Of a stretch of DNA of 35,857 nucleotides, positions 12,899 to 23,599 are shown piece by piece. This stretch comes from Candidatus Saganbacteria bacterium (GTDB taxonomy: Bacteria > Margulisbacteria > WOR-1 > O2-12-FULL-45-9). The notes under the pieces are model-generated. The model worked only from the letters and a program-made list of their open reading frames with translations. It was not told the origin of the DNA and ran no database searches. Positions within the stretch are counted from its first letter, which is position 1. Each line of letters opens with the position of its first letter. The stretch is taken from contig JACRKQ010000062.1 in the NCBI GenBank assembly GCA_016219705.1, positions 1 to 35,857 on the forward strand, written 5' to 3'. A program made the translations under genes and the position numbers.

Positions 12899-13876
12899 TT
12901 AAACCAAATATTTGGAGGCCTTCATGAATTTAAAAACTTCGGCTAAAACCACCTGTTTGACAACTGCCAAATCAGACTGAATTGTCACCCCCGCCGCCCG
13001 AATATGACCGCCCCCGCCGAAACGCCGGGCGATTTCTGAAACATTGACCTTTGATTTGGAACGGAAATTTACTTTTATTTTATCAGCATCCTGCCGAAAA
13101 AGAATCGCCACTTCCACTTTTTCGATTGACCGAATCTGATCGATTAGTCCAACCAGGTCCTCGCTCTTAGCGTTATGTTTTTCCATTATTTCTTTTGTTA
13201 CGGCGGCCCAGGCCACAGTATGATCCGGAGTAACTTCCAGGGTAGCCAGCGCCGCGGCAAAAACGCGCACCCCGGACAAACTTCTGGTATCATAAATTCT
13301 GGTCGTCAAGCTGTGCGTCTCCACCCCGGCTTTTAACAGGTCGATCGCCATGCAAAAAGTTTCCACGGAAGTGTTTTCATAACGGTAATTGCCGGTATCG
13401 GTTATCAGGGCGACATAGAGGTTTTCCGCGATTTTTTTGTCGATTTTAAATTTTAAGGCCTTAATTAAATTGTAAACTAGTTCAGCGGTCGATGAAGCGC
13501 GCGAGATATAATTAATGTCGCCATAGCTGGTGTTATCATGGTGATGGTCGATATTGATTATCAATTTGGCGATTTCGCGGGGCTTAAATTTTTCACCCAG
13601 CCTTTTAATGTCAGAGGCGTCGACGGAAATTAGAAGATCATAGCGTCGGTTTGGTTCAAGGCGGGTTTTGACCAGTTCCGAAGCGGGGAGAAAACGATAA
13701 ATATGGGGAACGCCATCCTGGGAATAATGGTCAACTGTCAGCCCCATTTCTGACAAAAAAATTGCCAGGGCATTCATCGAACCGATAGAGTCTCCATCCG
13801 GATCGATGTGGGAAACGATCAGCGCAGTCTTAGCGCTTTTGAGCGCTTTTTTTATGGCTTGGAAGGTTTCGTTCAT
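12899..13876 (-). CDS. nrnA: DHH-family phosphoesterase (NrnA-like bifunctional oligoribonuclease/pAp phosphatase)
   Basis: HIDPDGDSIGS and IDHHHDN (DHH) motifs, plus a GGGH DHHA1 motif. Confidence 0.75.
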   Translation of the reverse strand: MNETFQAIKKALKSAKTALIVSHIDPDGDSIGSMNALAIFLSEMGLTVDHYSQDGVPHIYRFLPASELVKTRLEPNRRYDLLISVDASDIKRLGEKFKPREIAKLIINIDHHHDNTSYGDINYISRASSTAELVYNLIKALKFKIDKKIAENLYVALITDTGNYRYENTSVETFCMAIDLLKAGVETHSLTTRIYDTRSLSGVRVFAAALATLEVTPDHTVAWAAVTKEIMEKHNAKSEDLVGLIDQIRSIEKVEVAILFRQDADKIKVNFRSKSKVNVSEIARRFGGGGHIRAAGVTIQSDLAVVKQVVLAEVFKFMKASKYLV

Positions 13877-14219
13877 GCTCTTCTTTTTTCTTCAATTGTG
13901 AGATTATATTCAGGACCTGACTCCCTTTTTCCAGGGAATCATCACGGATGAAATTGATTTGGGGAACAAAACGCAGAGTTAGTAATTCCCCGAGCTTGCC
14001 GCGGATAAAACGCGTGGCGGAAGTTAAGCCCTCCATGCATTCTTTTTTTTTCTCTTCATTGGCCAGGATGCTGACGCCAATTTTAGCGACTTCTAAATCC
14101 GGGGAAAGATCGACCCGGGTCAAGCTGATGAAGCCGATGCGCGGGTCATTGACATCTTCCCTGATTATCCGGCTGATTTCTTCTTTAAGCAATTCCGCCA
14201 CCCTTTCTACTCTGCTCAT
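13830..14219 (-). CDS. rbfA: Ribosome-binding factor A
   Basis: RbfA-like sequence MSRVERVAELLKEEISRII... The ATG is at 14219 and forms an ATGA overlap with the infB stop. The longer ORF to 14306 is rejected. Confidence 0.8.
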   Translation of the reverse strand: MSRVERVAELLKEEISRIIREDVNDPRIGFISLTRVDLSPDLEVAKIGVSILANEEKKKECMEGLTSATRFIRGKLGELLTLRFVPQINFIRDDSLEKGSQVLNIISQLKKKEEHERNLPSHKKSAQKR

Positions 14220-16324
14220 CGCTGACGCGGTTTTTCTCTCATTTCGTAATCTTCGATCTCGTCTCCCGCCTGGAAATTTGTGAAGCCCAGGATGGCAATG
14301 CCGCATTCATAATTTTGGTCCACAGATTTGACGTCGTCTTTAAATCGTTTCAATGATTCTAATTTGCCGTCATAGATTTTTTCCTGGCCGCGGAAGACGC
14401 GGATCTTGCTGCCGCGCACGAGTTTTCCGTCTTTGACAAAACAGCCGGCAATGACGCCAATCTTGGAGAATTTGAAAAGATTGCGCACGGTCGCGTGCCC
14501 GATAACCACTTCTTCGTATTCCGGCTCCAGCAGCCCTTCCATGGCTAATTTAACATCATCAATCAGTTTATAAATGATGTTATAATGCCTGACTTCCACC
14601 CCTTCTTTAGCGGCCAGAACTTCGGCGTTTTCTTCCATTCCGACATTAAAACCGGCGATGATCGCGGCGGAAGCTTTCGCCAGCATCACATCTGATTCGG
14701 TCACTGTCCCCGCCCCTCTATGGATAATATTTAATTTGATGTTGCCCACTGTCATATCCTGCAATGATTGTTTAATGGCCTCCAGCGAGCCCTGCACATC
14801 CGCTTTGACAACCAGATTAAGCGTTTTCTGCTCGCCGGCTTTGACATGTTTAGAAAAATCTTCCAGGGAGAGGACTTTGCCGCGGCTGACCCTGGTCTGG
14901 AGTTCCTGGCGCTGTTCAGCGATTTGCTTGGCCTCTTTTTCAGTCGGTAAAACCTGCAGCATGTCGCCGGCTGTGGGGACAGCGGAGGCGCCCAGGACCT
15001 CTACCGGGGTAGCTGGACCGGCTTCACTAAGACGGTCACCATGTTCATTAAATAAGGCTTTGACCCGGCCAAAGACATGGCCAACGGCAAAAATATCTCC
15101 GACTCGCAAGGTCCCACTCTGGACCAAAACGTCGGCTACCGGGCCTTTGCCTTTATCCAACTTGGCTTCAATTACAATCCCGACAGGAATCCCGTCGGGA
15201 TCGGCTTTTAATTCCTGTAATTCCGCCACCAAAAGGATCATTTCCAATAACTCACTAATTCCCTGCCCCTGCCGCGCCGACGTCGGGACCATCACTGTTT
15301 TGCCCCCCCAATCTTCAGGCTGCAGCCCAAGTTCCGATAATTGTTGTTTCACGCGATCAAGATTAGAATCCGGCTTGTCAATTTTATTGATGGCGACGAT
15401 AATTGGGACGCCAGCGGCTTTGGCATGGTCAATCGCTTCAATAGTCTGCGGTTTCACCCCATCATCGGCGGCGACCACCAAAACGGCGATATCGGTGACC
15501 TTTGCGCCGCGGGCGCGCAAAGCGGTGAAAGCTTCATGACCCGGAGTATCAAGAAAAGTTACTTTTTTACCATTGATCACGACCTGATAAGCGCCGATAT
15601 GCTGGGTGATGCCGCCAGCTTCGCCTTCAGCCACGCGGGTCTTGCGAATTGCGTCAAGTAATTTTGTTTTACCATGGTCGACATGTCCCATGATCGTGAC
15701 AATCGGCGGCCGCAAAACTAGTTTATCAATTTGAATGCGGGGCCGTTCCTCTTTTACTGTTTCTTTCTTCTGGATAACAACGATCTTGCCCAGTGAAGCG
15801 GCGATTTCCTGGGCAATGGCAGAGCTGATGCGCTGGTTGATGTTGGCCAGCTGGCCGCGTTTCATCAATTCTTTGATCACTTCGGACGGCTTAGCCGAAA
15901 TTTTATCCGCTAATTCTTTAACTGAAATATTTTCAGTATCAATATTGATCTTAAGCTCTGGTTTAGGTTCCAACGGTTTGGGGGGAGATAGCGGTTTTGG
16001 GGAAGGGACAGGGACAGGCACAGGACTAGGAAGAGGCGGCTCTTTCCTAGGTGGCGGAGGAGGCAATGGCTTAATTACCTCCGATTTTTTTTCTGATTTA
16101 GGAGTGGATTTTTTACTTTCAGCGACAACTTCTTTAGTTGCTTTGACTCGTGCTTTTTTAACTACAGGCGCCTTTTTCGCTTTGGCCGGCTTGGCAGTTT
16201 TTACGTCTGTCTCGGGTTTTTTGCTGGCCGTTTTTTTACTGGTTGTTGTTTTCTTTGGTGGAGTCATCTTTTTCTGCCTCTGGCTTTCCTTCTGTCTCTT
16301 TTGTCGCCGCCGCATCAGAAACAA
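14216..16324 (-). CDS. infB: Translation initiation factor IF-2
   Basis: GTPase motifs GHVDHGKT and DTPGH. Pro-rich low-complexity N-terminus. The true start may be the internal Met at 16267. Confidence 0.9.
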   Translation of the reverse strand: MFLMRRRQKRQKESQRQKKMTPPKKTTTSKKTASKKPETDVKTAKPAKAKKAPVVKKARVKATKEVVAESKKSTPKSEKKSEVIKPLPPPPPRKEPPLPSPVPVPVPSPKPLSPPKPLEPKPELKINIDTENISVKELADKISAKPSEVIKELMKRGQLANINQRISSAIAQEIAASLGKIVVIQKKETVKEERPRIQIDKLVLRPPIVTIMGHVDHGKTKLLDAIRKTRVAEGEAGGITQHIGAYQVVINGKKVTFLDTPGHEAFTALRARGAKVTDIAVLVVAADDGVKPQTIEAIDHAKAAGVPIIVAINKIDKPDSNLDRVKQQLSELGLQPEDWGGKTVMVPTSARQGQGISELLEMILLVAELQELKADPDGIPVGIVIEAKLDKGKGPVADVLVQSGTLRVGDIFAVGHVFGRVKALFNEHGDRLSEAGPATPVEVLGASAVPTAGDMLQVLPTEKEAKQIAEQRQELQTRVSRGKVLSLEDFSKHVKAGEQKTLNLVVKADVQGSLEAIKQSLQDMTVGNIKLNIIHRGAGTVTESDVMLAKASAAIIAGFNVGMEENAEVLAAKEGVEVRHYNIIYKLIDDVKLAMEGLLEPEYEEVVIGHATVRNLFKFSKIGVIAGCFVKDGKLVRGSKIRVFRGQEKIYDGKLESLKRFKDDVKSVDQNYECGIAILGFTNFQAGDEIEDYEMREKPRQR

Positions 16325-17252
16325 TATCGATCTTCCAACCGGTTAATTTGACCGCTAACCTGACGTTTTGCCCCTCTTTGCCAATCGCCAGTGAGAGTTC
16401 TTTCTCCGGGACAATCACCCGAGCTGCTTTGGCCTTTTCATTAATTTCGACGCTATTGACCTTGGCGGGACTTAAAGCGTGGGTGATAAAGACAACCGGA
16501 TCTTCGCTCCATTCCACAATGTCGACGCGTTCCGGCCCCAGTTCCCTGACAATATTTTGGATCCTGGCTCCCAGGTGTCCCACGCATGTTCCCACTGCTC
16601 CAATATTTTTGTCATGGGAAAAGACCGCAACTTTACTGCGGCGGCCGGGTTCACGGACAATAGCTTTAATTTCCAATATTCCTTCTTTAATTTCCGGCAC
16701 TTCCATTTCAAAGAGCTTGCGGATCAAACCCGGGTGGGCGCGGGAAATGATAACCAACGGTGTTTTTCCCGTTTTTTTAACTTCCACTAAATAAAGTTTA
16801 ACGTGTTCGCGGTCTTTAAGTATCTCTCCGGGAATCATCTCTGCCGCGGGTAAGACTATTTCGAGGCGGCCCAGATTTACCAGGTAACCGCCGTATTCCC
16901 GGCGCTGGACGATACCGTTAATAATTTCTCCCTGTTTACGGGCGATTTCTTCGTAAATTTCTTCTTTCTCCGCTTCGCGGATGCGCTGGATTATGACTTG
17001 CTTGGCCGTTTGCGCCGCCAGACGGCCAAAGTCCTTGGGCGTGACATCTTTTTCTTCGCCATCGGGTAATTTTTTGAAAACTCCAAACTCGCCCGATTCG
17101 GAAATGCGCGCTTCGATCTCTTCCTCCGGTTTAAAGAGTTTCTTAACCGCCAAAATAAGGGCGGCCTGAATCGCTTCCAGCAACGCCTCCTTTTGGATGT
17201 GCCGCTCCCGCTGAATTTCTTCTAACATTTCATGAAATTTTTCTATTTTCAT
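16236..17252 (-). CDS. nusA: Transcription termination/antitermination factor NusA
   Basis: S1 and KH domain signatures. Canonical position upstream of infB. Confidence 0.9.
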   Translation of the reverse strand: MKIEKFHEMLEEIQRERHIQKEALLEAIQAALILAVKKLFKPEEEIEARISESGEFGVFKKLPDGEEKDVTPKDFGRLAAQTAKQVIIQRIREAEKEEIYEEIARKQGEIINGIVQRREYGGYLVNLGRLEIVLPAAEMIPGEILKDREHVKLYLVEVKKTGKTPLVIISRAHPGLIRKLFEMEVPEIKEGILEIKAIVREPGRRSKVAVFSHDKNIGAVGTCVGHLGARIQNIVRELGPERVDIVEWSEDPVVFITHALSPAKVNSVEINEKAKAARVIVPEKELSLAIGKEGQNVRLAVKLTGWKIDIVSDAAATKETEGKPEAEKDDSTKENNNQ

Positions 17253-17341
17253 TTTTTTCTATTGTAAAAAAGAAAAAAGTGGGGAACACCCACTTATCTT
17301 TAAGAACAAAGTTATTATACAAACTTAACGGCTTCTTGTCA

Positions 17342-17373
17342 AATAAAAAGGGGCTCCAGTTCCCCGGAGCCCC
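17342..17373 (-). terminator. Rho-independent terminator of the groES-groEL operon
   Basis: Stem GGGGCTCC / GGAGCCCC with an 8-nt loop. Followed on the minus strand by TTTTTATTT, directly after the groEL stop. Confidence 0.65.
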
Positions 17374-17394
17374 CTTTCAAAAGAACCTACCCCT

Positions 17395-19056
<1,662 letters not shown>

Positions 19057-19059
19057 TTA

Positions 19060-19353
19060 TTACTTTTTAATCGCGAGTATATCTTTTTCCGACAAGATGA
19101 TATACTCTTCATTTTCAACCTTGACCTCGGTGCCGCCGTATTTGCTGTAGATGATTTTGTCACCGACTTTAACTTCCAGCGGAATCCGCTGCCCATTGTC
19201 CAGAACACGCCCGATGCCGACCGCTACGACGGTCCCTTCCTGGGGTTTTTCCTTGGCGGAATCAGGCAACACAATTCCTGATTTGGTCTTGGTCTCTTCT
19301 GGTTCTTGTTTCACAACCACTCTATCCCCAATTGGAGTAAGATTTTTAGCCAT
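19060..19353 (-). CDS. groES: Co-chaperonin GroES
   Basis: 97 aa with a typical GroES sequence. Confidence 0.95.
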   Translation of the reverse strand: MAKNLTPIGDRVVVKQEPEETKTKSGIVLPDSAKEKPQEGTVVAVGIGRVLDNGQRIPLEVKVGDKIIYSKYGGTEVKVENEEYIILSEKDILAIKK

Positions 19354-19380
19354 ATTTACTTCACCTCCTTGTTTTCTTTA

Positions 19381-19407
19381 TTAGCACTCATCAATCTTGA
19401 GTGCTAA
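19381..19407. promoter_or_regulatory. CIRCE (HrcA operator) inverted repeat
   Basis: Exact consensus match TTAGCACTC-N9-GAGTGCTAA, located 28 nt upstream of the groES start. Confidence 0.85.
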
Positions 19408-19436
19408 TAATAGCATTGCAAGAGAAATGTTGTCAA
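19407..19436 (-). promoter_or_regulatory. Sigma70-like promoter of groES: TTGACA, 18-nt spacer, TATTAT. It overlaps CIRCE.
   Basis: On the minus strand, TTGACA is the complement of 19431-19436 and TATTAT the complement of 19407-19412. Confidence 0.5.
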
Positions 19437-19444
19437 GCGGGTTT

Positions 19445-21181
19445 TCAGCCAATCTTAATCACTCGGTCCACTTTTTCCAGCGCCAATGGCTTGTGGGAGA
19501 CAATGATTATCGTCTTGTCGCGCAAGCGGCGAACAAGCTCTGACAAAATTTTTTCTTCACTGGCAGAATCAAGCGCCGCCGACGGTTCATCCAAGATCAA
19601 AATATCGGGCTCCTTGAGCAAGGCCCGGGCAATCGCCAGACGCTGGATCTGGCCGCACGAAAAATTGTTCCCTTGTTCTTCGATGGTTGCCTCATAACCA
19701 TGTGGCAGGCCAGTGATAAAATCGTGAATATTGGCCGTCCGGCAGGCGGCGACTATATCTTGAACGGCGGCGGTTTCGTTGCCATATCTTAAATTTTCTA
19801 GAATTGTTCCTGATAATAAACGCGGATTCTGCCCGACAAACCCCAGCCTTGCGCGCAGTGATTTAAGGTTGATCCGGCTAATCGGTCGGCCATCATAGAA
19901 AATTTCTCCCTCTTGCAGACGGTAAAAACCAAGCAGGAGATTTAAAAATGTCGACTTTCCCGCTCCGCTGGAACCGACCAGCAAAACATGCTCACGCGCT
20001 TTAATTGAAAAAGATTGTTCTTTGAAAATATATTTAAGGCCATCATAAGAGAAAGAGATATTTTTAAGCTCAATCTTGCCTTCTAATTTAACAATTTTTT
20101 CTTTTTCTTGCCCCTTGCCTCTTGTCTCTTGGTCCTCTCCTTCCGGCAGTATTTCATAAAAAGCGCTGACCCGCTGGAAAGCTGCCAGGGCATTCTGCAA
20201 TTGTAAATTGAAACTCGATAAATATTGTATCGGACTAAAGACATAGGACTGGTAAGCGAGAAAGGCATAGAGAGAACCGAGGCTCCAGTTTTTAGTGATG
20301 ACCAGCGGCAGGCCGATAAGCAAAACAATAAGATATGACAGATCAGTCAGCGAACCAAGCATGGTGCTGGTGATCGAGTTGACCGTCGTCGCCTGCAGTG
20401 AAAGACGATAATTATCTTTTAAGGAAGAACTGATCTTATCGATCTCCTTCTTTTCAGCGGCAAAAGATTTAATTAATGTCGTCTCCGCGATCGCCTCCTG
20501 CAGTTTTTTGTTGACGCGCGCCTGTTGCTCCATCTGGTTGTGGCTTAAGTTCCTGACTTTGCCGGAAAAATATTTGACGATGAGAAAAAAAAGCGGCAGC
20601 AGCAGGAAATTGACCAGCGCCAGCCGCCACTCCAGGAAGAAGAGGAAACAGAGGCCAAAAACAAGCTTTAATATGTTGGTTATAAAATAAGCTAATGTGC
20701 CAGTAAAAAACCACTGCACTCCCTGGACATCATTGGTAATTCGGCTTAAGAGATAGCCGGTTGACTGGTTGTCAAAAAACGATTTTGGAAAATGCATCAC
20801 CCGCGCTATCAGATCGGTCTGCAAATCAAGGAGAACATCACGCCCTAGTTTGGTAAAATAAAAATTTTGCCAGATGCTCGTCAATTTCTCCAGCAATTTA
20901 ACCAGAACAATCAACGGCAAAACAGCGATCAATAAATTCATTTTTCTTCCGAGGATCACATCATCAATCAGATAACGGGTGATGAGCGGCATAAAATAAC
21001 CGAGCGGCGTGAGCAGTAAAACGGCCAAGAAGCCGATGATCAACTGCCGGCGGTAGCGGGCAAAAAGAGGCAAGATATTCTTAAGACTAAAAGTTCCGAT
21101 ATTCCCGACTAAGTTCGCCGGCAGAATCTTGCTGGAAATACCGGATTTAAAATAATTGAGATAATCAATTAATATTTTCAT
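19445..21181 (-). CDS. ABC-B type exporter with fused permease and ATPase. It has no peptidase domain and is a probable exporter of the modified peptide.
   Basis: Six-TM N-terminal half. Walker A GSSGAGKST, signature FSCGQIQRL and Walker B ILILDE. A start at the internal Met (MKILIDYL) gives an ATGA overlap with the upstream HprK-like gene. The ORF track extends it to 21211. Confidence 0.8.
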   Translation of the reverse strand: MKILIDYLNYFKSGISSKILPANLVGNIGTFSLKNILPLFARYRRQLIIGFLAVLLLTPLGYFMPLITRYLIDDVILGRKMNLLIAVLPLIVLVKLLEKLTSIWQNFYFTKLGRDVLLDLQTDLIARVMHFPKSFFDNQSTGYLLSRITNDVQGVQWFFTGTLAYFITNILKLVFGLCFLFFLEWRLALVNFLLLPLFFLIVKYFSGKVRNLSHNQMEQQARVNKKLQEAIAETTLIKSFAAEKKEIDKISSSLKDNYRLSLQATTVNSITSTMLGSLTDLSYLIVLLIGLPLVITKNWSLGSLYAFLAYQSYVFSPIQYLSSFNLQLQNALAAFQRVSAFYEILPEGEDQETRGKGQEKEKIVKLEGKIELKNISFSYDGLKYIFKEQSFSIKAREHVLLVGSSGAGKSTFLNLLLGFYRLQEGEIFYDGRPISRINLKSLRARLGFVGQNPRLLSGTILENLRYGNETAAVQDIVAACRTANIHDFITGLPHGYEATIEEQGNNFSCGQIQRLAIARALLKEPDILILDEPSAALDSASEEKILSELVRRLRDKTIIIVSHKPLALEKVDRVIKIG

Positions 21182-22062
21182 TGACCAATTACCCTTTCCA
21201 TTTGCTCCCAAAACCGCCCGGTCAGGCTGATTTTAAGTTTATAGCAGGGGATATTTCTGGCCAGATGACAGGCATTATCAAAAATTTTCAGCTTGGTCTG
21301 GGTCTCTTCACTCTCCGAATAGGCTCGGAGACTGCGGCGGAACATTTGAAAACCGGCATCGTAAATTGAAACAGCCGCAACATTCTTTTTCATAACCTCT
21401 GCCGCATCATTTTCCGCCTGTTCCAAAAAGAATATTCCCTTAAGCGAATAAAATTGTTCAACCGGCCAATTCTTTTGGCCGTCATTTTTCCATAAATAAT
21501 TGCTCCAGGTCGGAAAAGGATGGACGAAATAGCGGCCAGCCGATTTAAAAATAATCGCCTCATCATCGGAAATCGCCTCCCAGGGATGAGGGATACGGCG
21601 GCAGCAGGTCGATTTGCCGGTATTGCCGGGCGCAGAGAGAAGATAGGCCGAACCTTCTTTGACCACAAGTCCAGAGTGAAAAGGCATGCCCTCTAGCGTT
21701 ATCGCCAGCTCGTGGACAAAATAAAGAAGATACCACATGCAAATTATGTTCATATTGTGGTCCTTATTATTTATATCAACTTTAACGACCAGATGGGAAT
21801 TTTGCGGATGCTGCCATAATTTGAGGTTCTTAAAATCCCTTACCTGCCAGCCGGTTTGAGTCATTTCCGGAATATCTTGCAGCGGAGGAAAATCCTTATC
21901 ACCGTCTTTGGGAAAGATGTAAACTTTCGCTCGATTGTCAGAAGCTTGCGTCGTTTTAAGCCTCATTATCGAAGCTAATTTCCGCAGGAAAGGTTCCACT
22001 TCCGGCTGGCCCGCAACCATCTCCCACTCACGCCCGGCAAACAATCGCAAGAGAAACGGCAT
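21178..22062 (-). CDS. HPr-kinase/phosphorylase-like P-loop protein, copy 1
   Basis: The P-loop LSAPGNTGKSTCC resembles the HprK C-terminal domain. Clear paralog of the protein at 26321..27238. Translationally coupled to the upstream rSAM gene. Confidence 0.65.
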   Translation of the reverse strand: MPFLLRLFAGREWEMVAGQPEVEPFLRKLASIMRLKTTQASDNRAKVYIFPKDGDKDFPPLQDIPEMTQTGWQVRDFKNLKLWQHPQNSHLVVKVDINNKDHNMNIICMWYLLYFVHELAITLEGMPFHSGLVVKEGSAYLLSAPGNTGKSTCCRRIPHPWEAISDDEAIIFKSAGRYFVHPFPTWSNYLWKNDGQKNWPVEQFYSLKGIFFLEQAENDAAEVMKKNVAAVSIYDAGFQMFRRSLRAYSESEETQTKLKIFDNACHLARNIPCYKLKISLTGRFWEQMERVIGQ

Positions 22063-23138
22063 TAGACAATCAATCGCGTACGGGGGAATAATTTTTTATT
22101 ATGAGCCTGCTGGCAGTACCAAAAAGAGGCCCAGAGATTTTTGGTCGAATAATAGTTTTGGGCGAGACAAAACCCCAGACAGCGGTTTTTCATGACGCAA
22201 TCATGGCAAACCCCTTCGAGGTCTTTGGGTAATCCATCACGGATCTTATTTAACATTGGATTATTTTGCCAAACATCGGCCAATTTGTCTTTCGCCGCAT
22301 CGCCAAAGTTAAATTCCGGCACTGTTTCGCCAATGCCGCAGAGCGCGTAGTGTCCGTTGCTTAAAACTCCAATAATGCCAAAAATGCCGCAGGTGCCGCA
22401 ACCGACGGCATTTTCCTTGCCAAAGATCCTCCCCAATGGCCGGAAAGCGACCGGATGGCTGTAGATCAATTTTATCTTGACCTGTTTAGCCAGGGTGTTT
22501 TCAATCCAGGCGCCAAGCTCGACTAATTCTTCCAGGGATAAAGTCTCGTCATTTTCGTGCATCTCTTTACCGCGGGCGGTTGGTTGGATCAAGTTAAATT
22601 TGACCGACCCGGCGCCATTTTTCTCGGCCAACTTGACAACATCTTCTATCTGATCTTTATTACGCCGCATGATCGACATGATGACCTGGGGCTTAAAACC
22701 GGCTGTCACTAAATTTCTGACGCCAGTCCATGCCGCTGCAAAACTTCCGGGGACCCGCCGTACCCATTCGTGGGTGGCGGCGTCCGCCCCGTCGACGCTG
22801 ACCGAAACAAAGGCCCCTTTGGCCGTCTTCATCTTTTGCGCCAATTCTGCTGTGCAGAGAACGCCATTGGTTTCAACCGTCAAATTTAATTTATTGACAA
22901 TAATGTAATCAAGAATAGCCTTGATGTCGGGATGGAGGAGTGGCTCTCCGCCGGTTAATTTAACCCCGGTTAAACCTAACGGTTTTGCCTGCTCAATAAT
23001 TGACTTAAACAAATCAAGCGGCAGAGAAGCAAAAACGTGCTGACCGTTCTGGAATTTCGGCTGGATCCAGCAGTGCCGGCAAAAGAGATTACACCCTTCG
23101 GTCAGGTAGAAATAGATACAGTTTAATTTTGGTGGCAT
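22062..23138 (-). CDS. Radical SAM / SPASM-domain peptide-modifying enzyme, copy 1
   Basis: The CNLFCRHC motif matches CxxxCxxC. The C-terminal Cys cluster (CGTCG...C...CHDCVMKNRCLGFC) is typical of SPASM auxiliary clusters. Confidence 0.85.
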   Translation of the reverse strand: MPPKLNCIYFYLTEGCNLFCRHCWIQPKFQNGQHVFASLPLDLFKSIIEQAKPLGLTGVKLTGGEPLLHPDIKAILDYIIVNKLNLTVETNGVLCTAELAQKMKTAKGAFVSVSVDGADAATHEWVRRVPGSFAAAWTGVRNLVTAGFKPQVIMSIMRRNKDQIEDVVKLAEKNGAGSVKFNLIQPTARGKEMHENDETLSLEELVELGAWIENTLAKQVKIKLIYSHPVAFRPLGRIFGKENAVGCGTCGIFGIIGVLSNGHYALCGIGETVPEFNFGDAAKDKLADVWQNNPMLNKIRDGLPKDLEGVCHDCVMKNRCLGFCLAQNYYSTKNLWASFWYCQQAHNKKLFPRTRLIV

Positions 23139-23141
23139 TTT

Positions 23142-23336
23142 TTATCGCCTGCCGTTTCTGCCTAAACTGGCTAGCTCATCTTTGAGAAAAAGATCCACCT
23201 CTAATTTTTTTGCCCATGATTTTAAATAGGCAAAATTGAGTTTTCCTTTGTTTGCCTGCAATATTTCCCTGACATCTTCCAGGTCTTTTTCCCGATTTAA
23301 ACGCTTTATAACCTCAATTAATAAATTTCTTGTCAT
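23142..23336 (-). CDS. Small hypothetical helical protein, 64 aa
   Basis: Lies 3 nt upstream of the rSAM gene and has a 4-nt overlap with the 62-aa gene. No Cys. No recognisable motif. Confidence 0.35.
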   Translation of the reverse strand: MTRNLLIEVIKRLNREKDLEDVREILQANKGKLNFAYLKSWAKKLEVDLFLKDELASLGRNGRR

Positions 23337-23521
23337 TTTACTTTCGCCATTCTGGCTAGTATTAAGCGGTTACGCTCGGCATGAGTCAAGTTCATTTTTT
23401 CTATCCGCTTCATAAGCTCTTTTTTGCTTAAGGCGGCTTTCATTAAACGAAAGCTAAAATCGGACAAATCCAACCAGGCGCGAATTTTTTCATTTACCGT
23501 TAATTTAATCTTGTGTCTCAT
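23333..23521 (-). CDS. Small hypothetical protein, 62 aa, possibly a ribbon-helix-helix-like regulator
   Basis: Begins with a short beta-strand-like segment KIKLTV followed by helices. First gene of the operon. No Cys. Confidence 0.35.
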   Translation of the reverse strand: MRHKIKLTVNEKIRAWLDLSDFSFRLMKAALSKKELMKRIEKMNLTHAERNRLILARMAKVK

Positions 23522-23599
23522 GTTTTTGACGCCACTATCTATTATAATCAGATGTCTCCGGTATTGTCAACCAGACGGCGCTGGGTGTAAAATCAGATA

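Noticed and set aside
13830-14306. 158-aa extended rbfA ORF
   Set aside because: The extension overlaps the infB 3' end. The internal ATG at 14219 gives an RbfA-like N-terminus and the typical ATGA coupling to infB.
15960-16140. Pro-rich low-complexity repeats in DNA (ccc/ggg runs)
   Set aside because: They encode the Pro/Lys-rich N-terminal linker of IF-2, which is commonly low-complexity. It is not an independent element.
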